Shown here piece after piece: positions 1-7,200 of a stretch of DNA of 20,000 nucleotides. Both the position numbers and the translations under genes were made by a program. Under the pieces are notes generated by a model. It saw nothing but the letters and a program-made list of their open reading frames with translations, searched no databases and was not told the origin of the DNA. Origin of the DNA: an uncultured virus (IMG/VR IMGVR_UViG_3300042540_001200) (lineage: Duplodnaviria; Heunggongvirae; Uroviricota; Caudoviricetes); IMG/VR virus record IMGVR_UViG_3300042540_001200, positions 53,681 to 73,680 of that record. One strand, given 5' to 3'. The stretch's first letter is position 1, and every line of letters starts with the position of its first letter.

Positions 1-172
1 AAAATTTAAAAAGTAATCGAGGTAAATTTAAAGTACTACCTTCACCCACTGCTTGTGTTGGTATAGATTCATCAAAATACCAATCTATCTCATAATCTGA
101 ATAACTTATAAAATGTGCTACTGCTAAAGCACCTGCCGTTCCACGACCAACTATAGCTAATTTTTTACTCAC
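1..172 (-). CDS. Tryptophan halogenase-like flavin-dependent enzyme, paralog 2 (5' part only; runs off the window)
   Basis: Not in the ORF track. Manual translation from GTG at 172 gives MSKKLAIVGRGTAGALAVAHFISYSDYEIDWYFDESIPTQAVGEGSTLNLPRLLFKF, open to the window edge. It has the GxGxxG FAD motif and VGEGST, and 39/57 residues are identical to the N-terminus of 165..1340. Its start overlaps the upstream stop (GTGAGTAA). Confidence 0.88.
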   Translation of the reverse strand, partial: MSKKLAIVGRGTAGALAVAHFISYSDYEIDWYFDESIPTQAVGEGSTLNLPRLLFKF

Positions 173-1340
173 TTTGTAAATCCTTTGGATTAATACCCAA
201 ATTTATCAAATTTTGCCACCATGAATAGGCATCCCATGATCCAAAATTGTTTTTATTTAATGTAATATGTTTTGGTATTTTATTTTCTTCATACTTTATA
301 ACATCTTTTAAACATGCTTGAAACTTAGGGTGATTTTTAAGCATGTTTAAAGATGATTGACCTTTTTCTTTTGCCATTTTCCAAAATTTAGTATTAAACT
401 TAGAACCTTGACTGTAATGCATTGAAATCATTAACTCAATTTGAGTAATATTATTAAAATAGTGAAAGTTACATTCATCTAAACTCATATTATCGTACAG
501 ATGATCGTAAACCAAACGTGAACATTGATTAACAAAAACAAAAGAAGTTGCCTCTAAAGGTTCTAAAAAGAATGATGCATTACCATTGTATGCAACTCTT
601 TTAGTAAAATTTTCTTTCTTAAAATAATTTTGAAATTGAAAAGCATTTGTTTTGTCACTTGGTGTTAATTTTAATTCTTTAAAAACATTGGTAACATCTT
701 TTTTAACTTCATCTAAAGAACTTGTTTGTGGGTTATACAAATAACCTACTGAACAACGTTTTTGTAATGGTATACCAAAAACCCATCCATGTTTTCTAGC
801 CATTGTCACCGTATATTCAAATTCAGGTTTATCCCAATAACATTGAGTAACATATACTGCGTTTACAGGAATAAATTTACATATGTGAAAATCTTCATAA
901 TTTTCAGGTCTACCTGAGCAATCAATAATGTAATCAGCATCAATGTCATCATGCGAATTTACATGTTGATCATATATCTTTAATCTAGGATTATCTTTAA
1001 TTTTATCATGAATAAGTTTTTGCAAAGCTATTGCATCAAAATGCATTGCTATATGGGGTGGGTAAAACCAATGATTAAAATCATGATTGTGTTTACCCCA
1101 ATTGTACTTTCTAATAGCGTACTTATAATTTCCACCTATATTTTTAAGGTCATTGTAAGTAAAATCAATAGTTTGTCTTAAATTTCCAGGTAATACAAGC
1201 GTACTGCCTTCTCCTACAGCTTGTGTAGGTATATTGGGGTCAAAATACCAATCAATTTCATCATTTGTAAAATTTAAAAAGTGAGCAGCATTTACAGCAC
1301 CTGCAGTGCCACGCCCAACAATCGCAAGCTTTTTTTTCAT
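165..1340 (-). CDS. Tryptophan halogenase-like flavin-dependent enzyme (PrnA/RebH family), 391 aa
   Basis: IVGRGTAG (FAD binding), VGEGST, YKYAIRKYNW (position of the catalytic Lys), HFDA, IIDCSG, GWVFGIPL (WxWxIP variant), SVGYLY, FFLEPLEATS. Confidence 0.88.
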   Translation of the reverse strand: MKKKLAIVGRGTAGAVNAAHFLNFTNDEIDWYFDPNIPTQAVGEGSTLVLPGNLRQTIDFTYNDLKNIGGNYKYAIRKYNWGKHNHDFNHWFYPPHIAMHFDAIALQKLIHDKIKDNPRLKIYDQHVNSHDDIDADYIIDCSGRPENYEDFHICKFIPVNAVYVTQCYWDKPEFEYTVTMARKHGWVFGIPLQKRCSVGYLYNPQTSSLDEVKKDVTNVFKELKLTPSDKTNAFQFQNYFKKENFTKRVAYNGNASFFLEPLEATSFVFVNQCSRLVYDHLYDNMSLDECNFHYFNNITQIELMISMHYSQGSKFNTKFWKMAKEKGQSSLNMLKNHPKFQACLKDVIKYEENKIPKHITLNKNNFGSWDAYSWWQNLINLGINPKDLQSE

Positions 1341-1768
1341 TAATCTTCTAATTTTTCAATTTTTAATTCACTATCAGTCCAACATTCAGTTTCAGTTTGA
1401 ACCCATCCTTCAGACTCCCACCCATCGTAAGAATCCTCATCCCATAATTCACTCATTCTTTCTTGCTCTTGTTCATCCATATCATCAGGATATTCAACAT
1501 CAGCATACCATCCATCATCTAATGAATATAGTTCAGAATCTTCAATGTTGTTGTCATGACAATTATACATGTCAATACTATCTTCAACTTCATTACCTAA
1601 TGGGTTACGCACACGGATAAATTGTGGTTCTTCATCGTCGCTTGTAGTTACATCCCATGTACCCCAACGATAACCTGTTACACGAATAATAGTTTTTCCA
1701 TCTTTTACCCAATATTCGTGTTCTTCTACAGATTTTTTACTTAAAGTAGATACTCGCCAAGTAGCCAT
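1340..1768 (-). CDS. Hypothetical phage protein, acidic and Trp-rich, 142 aa
   Basis: Clean ORF packed in the operon; its stop overlaps the next ATG (TAATG at 1338-1342). No motif recognised. Confidence 0.75.
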   Translation of the reverse strand: MATWRVSTLSKKSVEEHEYWVKDGKTIIRVTGYRWGTWDVTTSDDEEPQFIRVRNPLGNEVEDSIDMYNCHDNNIEDSELYSLDDGWYADVEYPDDMDEQEQERMSELWDEDSYDGWESEGWVQTETECWTDSELKIEKLED

Positions 1769-1770
1769 AG

Positions 1771-1983
1771 TTACTGACGCTCCAACTCAGTAGCTTCCTT
1801 AATTAATACGCATAACTCTTCAACCGTAGATACCATAATTTTAGCCTGTGTCCAAGTATCAGTAAAATCTTGTCCACCTATTTCTAACATAAACCCGTTA
1901 TCATACATGTTTATGGTAAAACTATCATTGACTGTTTTCATTTTATCTGCAATTTTCTTAACTGCAACTTTTGGCTTAGACAT
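1771..1983 (-). CDS. Hypothetical phage protein, 70 aa
   Basis: AAGGA Shine-Dalgarno sequence 6 nt upstream of the ATG; tight packing with neighbours. Confidence 0.75.
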   Translation of the reverse strand: MSKPKVAVKKIADKMKTVNDSFTINMYDNGFMLEIGGQDFTDTWTQAKIMVSTVEELCVLIKEATELERQ

Positions 1984-1992
1984 ATAATATCC

Positions 1993-2358
1993 TTAAATTG
2001 TTTTATCGCCCATGGTTTCATCCATGACAGGTTCATCGCTTAATGCTAAAATGTCATTATTGTCAACACGACGAACAATGTGTTCACCATGTTCATCTTC
2101 AATCCTAATACCACGTGTCCAACGACCATGTGCTACTAAGACATATTGACCTACTTTAATTTCTTTTTGCTCAGAACCAACCGCATATACTTTACCCCAA
2201 CGTGGTCTAATACCACTGTTTTTTCCATCATCACTTACAATGACCAAACCACTTGAGGTTTTTCTTTCTTCAAAATTCATATCTGAAACAATAACTCCAT
2301 CATGTAGCGGAGTTAGTTTTTTGATTTTATGTGCCTGAAATAAGTAACTTGATTCCAT
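1993..2358 (-). CDS. groES: Co-chaperonin GroES (Cpn10)-like protein
   Basis: LTPLHDGVIV (PLxDRVxV-like), mobile loop EERKTSSGLVI, GKVYAVG, IKVGQYVL, DILA; AAAGGA SD upstream. Confidence 0.9.
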   Translation of the reverse strand: MESSYLFQAHKIKKLTPLHDGVIVSDMNFEERKTSSGLVIVSDDGKNSGIRPRWGKVYAVGSEQKEIKVGQYVLVAHGRWTRGIRIEDEHGEHIVRRVDNNDILALSDEPVMDETMGDKTI

Positions 2359-2366
2359 ATTTTCCT

Positions 2367-2690
2367 TTATTTTTTAAGTTTGGGATCCCAATCATCATCA
2401 TAACTTGTAAACTCTTTATCAAGTTCAGATTGTGCAACAACCTGATTAGGTGCTTGCTCAACTGTTGATGTTGGATGTGAAACCCTATTAATTTTCTTAC
2501 CTGACTGCATAGTTTTATTATACATACTACTTACACGTCTAGTAGCATCATTAATAACACGATTATGTGAATCAATAATGTCACCACGTGCATTCACGTT
2601 CATATTACCAACTGCACGAGTACGCTCATTTTTAGCAATCAATGCATTCATATCTAACATTTTTCCTGCTGCTGTTTTACGTTGTACCAT
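2367..2690 (-). CDS. Hypothetical phage protein, 107 aa
   Basis: AGGAG SD upstream; tight packing; N-terminal AVGNMNVNARGD motif and a low-complexity tail. Function unknown. Confidence 0.78.
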   Translation of the reverse strand: MVQRKTAAGKMLDMNALIAKNERTRAVGNMNVNARGDIIDSHNRVINDATRRVSSMYNKTMQSGKKINRVSHPTSTVEQAPNQVVAQSELDKEFTSYDDDWDPKLKK

Positions 2691-2699
2691 TTTTTTCTC

Positions 2700-3206
2700 C
2701 TAGCGTAAAAATTCAGTATAATCTAGGTCATAATACATACTGTCTATTTTATGTACACCTATTTTGTAAAGTACATAACTACTTACACTACTACCACGAC
2801 CTACACCCCATACTATATTATTTAATCGCATAGTATCAACCAAATACTTTAAGTATTGCAACAATGTTAACATATCAAGTTCAGCATATCGTAATAACTC
2901 TGCGCCACATCGTTGTAACTCAGCATCATTATTACACGCTAGTAAAACCCACTCAGCTATATCTAAATCATAATATGCTTGTGGCATATGCCATACTGCT
3001 TGTTGCTGCTTATCAAATATGGTTACAGTGCTGTTATTTACTGTGTATACTTTAATGCTAGGAATATTTTCTAACTCTAAATTACTATCAAAAGTAATAG
3101 GTTTGTCAACTAATACATCCTTTAATATAGCCTGAGTATTTTGTAAGTATAAGTTACAAATATCTTGCTCATTCAAAATAATTTGACCAAACGAATCTAC
3201 TTTCAT
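2700..3206 (-). CDS. DNA polymerase III alpha (DnaE)-like fragment, N-terminal part of the palm region, 168 aa
   Basis: RCGAELLRY...YLKYLVDTMRLNNIVWGVGRGSSVSSYVLYKIGVHKIDSMYYDLDYTEFLR matches the C-family polymerase pattern GxGRGSxxxSxxxYxxGITxxDPxxxxLxFERFL. The ORF stops before PDIDxD. Confidence 0.85.
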   Translation of the reverse strand: MKVDSFGQIILNEQDICNLYLQNTQAILKDVLVDKPITFDSNLELENIPSIKVYTVNNSTVTIFDKQQQAVWHMPQAYYDLDIAEWVLLACNNDAELQRCGAELLRYAELDMLTLLQYLKYLVDTMRLNNIVWGVGRGSSVSSYVLYKIGVHKIDSMYYDLDYTEFLR

Positions 3207-3221
3207 AGATACACTATACCA
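3207..3221 (-). promoter_or_regulatory. Putative extended -10 sigma70-type promoter giving a leaderless transcript
   Basis: Minus strand reads TG-G-TATAGT (3221-3213), 6 nt, then the ATG at 3206; no SD before this ATG. Confidence 0.4.
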
Positions 3222-3244
3222 TAGTCAATAATAAAAGATATTAA

Positions 3245-3475
3245 TTAGGATATGTCAATTTTTGGGGCAGTGTTGCCACGCTTTGCCCATAACTCATTTT
3301 GCTGTCGAGTATATTCTGCTCGATATGATTCTAAAACCATTTGCATTTGGCGAACCATGTCATGTTTACCCATTTTAAATGCCCATTGCATCCTATTGTT
3401 TAAAGTGGATATTTTTTCACCTAGTTCTTCTAGGTTCGAGCCTGACAAATCTGAAATAAATGGATGATTAAACAT
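3245..3475 (-). CDS. Hypothetical helical/coiled-coil protein, 76 aa (MFNHPFISDLS...)
   Basis: Start reassigned from 3505 to the ATG at 3475, which overlaps the upstream TGA (TGATG coupling). Confidence 0.75.
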   Translation of the reverse strand: MFNHPFISDLSGSNLEELGEKISTLNNRMQWAFKMGKHDMVRQMQMVLESYRAEYTRQQNELWAKRGNTAPKIDIS

Positions 3476-4227
3476 CACCAAGCAGATAATGTAACACGCT
3501 TCCAAATGGCTGTAGCACCATCATAGTTTGCAGTACATACATAAAAATAATTGGCATCTGACGCAACAGTACCTGCTTTATCACCTAATGCACCAACATT
3601 ACTTGCAGGTACGGTAGTAATTAACTGTGTTGTTTTTCTTGGTCTATCAATTGGCATCACCGTAATATTAGTACCGCAATCAACCGTGGAAAATTCATGA
3701 TGCACTTTTGCAACATTTGCAGGCATGGTAAAGTTACCACCTGCTACACCATTACCCGCATAATTTTCAATGGTCAGCATACCATCAGTTACGTTTGATG
3801 GTATTGTTATTACCGCATTTGCATTAGCGACATTAAATATTGTTTGTACATTTTGCTGCGTACCTGCAGGTGCCCATGCAGCAAAAGCTAAAGTAACGTT
3901 GCCTGTAATTGTACCATATTGCACATCACCGTTAGTTACATTTACCGTTACAGTACCACTTAAATTATTACCTAAGTTGTAAGTAGTGGCACGAAATCCT
4001 TGAACTAAAGCATTACTGATTAAAGTATTTGCCATGTCATTGTTTAAAGTAGTGCCTGTCAATGCACTTTTTACAACAACCTTATTTTGCAAATCTGTAA
4101 TTTCAGTTGATGCAGTATCTAAACCACTTTTTATAGCGGTAAAGTTAGTACGAAATCCCTGTGAACTGTTGTTGATGCCTGGGATTGGGTAGGCTGTATC
4201 AATTTGTCCTGTGTCAATTGCGCTCAT
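3475..4227 (-). CDS. Virion structural protein (baseplate or short-fibre type), 250 aa
   Basis: N-terminal YPIPGINNSSQGFRTNF plus coiled coil (attachment-type motif of phage fibres); T/N/G-rich beta body; C-terminal GDKAGTVASDANYFYVC...WKRVTLSAW module common in phage fibres. Confidence 0.7.
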   Translation of the reverse strand: MSAIDTGQIDTAYPIPGINNSSQGFRTNFTAIKSGLDTASTEITDLQNKVVVKSALTGTTLNNDMANTLISNALVQGFRATTYNLGNNLSGTVTVNVTNGDVQYGTITGNVTLAFAAWAPAGTQQNVQTIFNVANANAVITIPSNVTDGMLTIENYAGNGVAGGNFTMPANVAKVHHEFSTVDCGTNITVMPIDRPRKTTQLITTVPASNVGALGDKAGTVASDANYFYVCTANYDGATAIWKRVTLSAW

Positions 4228-4232
4228 AGTAA

Positions 4233-4240
4233 TATTTATC
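4233..4240 (-). promoter_or_regulatory. Putative late promoter GATAAATA (T4 TATAAATA-like)
   Basis: Overlaps the stop of 4236..8552 and lies 5 nt upstream of the ATG at 4227; the same core precedes other structural genes. Confidence 0.45.
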
Positions 4241-7200
4241 CGCTCTGTAAAGTGGTTGGAAGAATTGTGCGTTGTACAAAATGTATGTATTTGTCTTTAG
4301 AATTATTCGTTACAGCAGGTTGCCCACTTGGTAACGTGCTTACCCATTCAGTACCATTCCAATCAAAGGTAAGTGACTTATCTACCTCAAAACGATCCAC
4401 TGTAAATTGTACTGCATTAAATTTAATACCTTCAGCAGTATTTTGCCAAGCAATAATATTGTTTTTAATCGCTGTACTATACCCAGGTTTTGTATAACAA
4501 ATTACCCAAGCAGGAGTAAATCCTAAGGTACTGCCATCAGGTTGTTGACTTGTCATCCACAATGGTAAAATACTATCGTTATTAACATATCCTAACGCAT
4601 CCTCCAATTGTTGACGCATATTAACTAAACTATTTGGGTATAATATCTGTGCATACCCAGGCGTTAGCGCAGTAAAATATGTTGGCGTATAAAATGTCAA
4701 CGTATCACCCGCATAATATGTTCCACTAGGTGCTTGGTTTAAGGTTATTGTATAAGTGTTTGGTGTAATAGAAGTAATGTATGGCACAGCTCCTGTATTG
4801 CCCAAAATCATATTCAATGACAGTCCTGTCAAAGAATTAACAACATAAGTTGTAGCATTTACTACACTACTAATTGTTACAGCAACAGGACTTACTGAAT
4901 AGACATAACTTGTTTGTATAGTGGCTGATGAGTCATACCATGGTCCTAAATTTAAATCAATTCTTCTAGGCCATCCTATTTCTTTTGGTATACTAACACC
5001 TTGATTATTGATTAAATTGTCTATAATTTCACTATAGACCACTTCATATATTATATTATTACTATTATCTCTTGCCACAGCGGTTTTTAATTCACCCAAA
5101 GTAATATCACGCCAATAATGATTGATGTTTATTGCGTTAATATACTCTTGTACAGTGCTAGCAGGTATACCATAGGCATGATTGTAAATAATATTCTTTG
5201 CTCTTCCAAAATATGGATCTTCTAAACGATATACTGCTGCATCAGGAATTATAAGGTTAGGGTTGCCAGGTGTACTATTTCTTATTAAATCATTTATTTT
5301 TGCACGTGCAGATAATGCAGGATAACATTGCATATAAACAGTTTCCCATGGTTCAGGAAATTCTTGTATTGCAGTAAAGTAAAATTGTTTTGTTTCATTT
5401 ATTTCTTCTTGACCTACAATATATGCTTGCACAGTAAAGTAAAAAGCACGTGTGCTATTTGGATATACACCATCTTGATCATATGTTGCTTCAAACGCTA
5501 ATCTACCACTTATTTCACCTGATGGTAACATGGTTAAGTTAGGTGGCAATTCTCCTAATGTTGGACTAAACCATTCAATAACAAAATTTGCGTTTTGATC
5601 GTAATATGTTAAATCATAATTAAATTCATCATACTCATCCGTAATAGCTTCGGGATTATAAATTAATATATAACGACTATAAATTATCGTACCATACTCA
5701 CCCGCAGCAACAAAATTATACTCAACACGTTGTGCACTACCTCCACTTATGTACGCACTATAGGCTGAAGTATTAAATCCTGATGTTAATCCACTGTCAG
5801 TATATAATTCAAAAGTATTAATAGAAATAACTTTAATGTAAAATTGTTGATCATTAATTGCTGTCATACCTAACACATCAACAATACAAATTCTATCACC
5901 ACTTGAATACTGATGTGCAGAATCAGTGGTTACTAAAGCAGTTGCAGCTTGTGTTATATTTGTAATTAATATACCTACATTAGGTCTAGTTAAACCTCGT
6001 GTAATTGAGTATAAATTATTGCCTGTTTTACCTGACAAATAACTCCATGAATTGTTTTCACCATTTTCACTATATGCAGTAAATCCATCATCACCAACAA
6101 CAAAAAATTGTCCACTATCATAGACTACATCGTTCAAACGTTCATTCGTGAATGCTTTTTGTAAAGTCCAACTTGCGCCATTATCACTTTCAAGTACAAG
6201 CCCATTATCACCCACTGCAATCCACTTAGTACCATTTGTTGCAATAGATTTAAGTGTACCCAATCTTGGTGTAATAGTACCACCACTTGTATAAGCAGTA
6301 TATGTTGTTGAATTTGTAGCTGTAGTTAATGTTACAGTATTATATAAAGCAAATTTGTTTACAGCATAACCTGTTGCCTTTACATAATACGTGTTACCAT
6401 TTAATTCTGTCATACCACCTACACCTGTTATGACAATACGTTGTCCGTCACTCATATTATGTACACCACTAACAGTAACAACTGCTATTGCTGCTTGTGT
6501 AACATTAGTTATAGAAATGGTATTAATAGTTGCTGCTGTCCATGTTCCACCAATAGGAAAACCCACTGCATTAGAGTAATATATTGCAGCAGTTGAATCT
6601 GATTTGTTACCTACTACATGATATGTATATGGTGTAGTAGTACCTGTTCTAATAATCTTGTTAAACACATAATCAACATCCGTTGAGGTAGATCCTGTTA
6701 CTGTAATAGTTCCTAAAGTCCAAACAAATCCTGATTGACTACCTGTAATAATGGTTGCATTGTCACCTACTGCTATAAATCTTTCACCACCTGTACGATT
6801 ATCAAACATCACACTGTATAAACTGCTATTACCCGCAACTGATGCAGGACTCCAATTAATGCCATTATTTGAACCATAAATTGTTGGTTGTAATGATTGG
6901 GTATAACCTACTGTAACTAAAGTGCCTGTTGAAGTTGTTGGATAGTAACCTGATGCAATTGATGTTAAGTTATCAAAAGTAAACTGTGGCAAATATTGCC
7001 ATGTACGTCCATAATTAGTGCTATATGCAATTTCACCTAAATCTCCAACGGCATAGTACGATGGTACTGATGTTGTCGTTACAGCACCTACAACAGATGA
7101 TGTTATTGAATTTAGATTTCTTCTATTTTCATTAACAATACGATAGTTTACAGTTTCACCTGTCAAATTAGTATTAGCTTTAATATTAAAGTTACAGATT

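Noticed and set aside
2700..2760. Split-intein DnaE as in cyanobacteria
   Set aside because: No intein N-terminal block (C/S-start Hint sequence) follows the DnaE sequence; the ORF ends in polymerase sequence.
2367..3206. TAG readthrough or recoding fusing the DnaE fragment to the 107-aa ORF (TAG GAG AAA AAA ATG is in frame)
   Set aside because: The downstream ORF has no PDIDxD or other DnaE similarity and has its own AGGAG SD. In-frame spacing has a 1-in-3 chance. Long genes here have no internal TAG or TGA, and TAG also ends the 945-aa gene before a terminator, so the standard code fits.
3476..3505. ORF-track start at 3505 for the 86-aa ORF
   Set aside because: It would overlap the upstream gene by 31 nt; the ATG at 3475 gives the TGATG coupling seen elsewhere in this operon.
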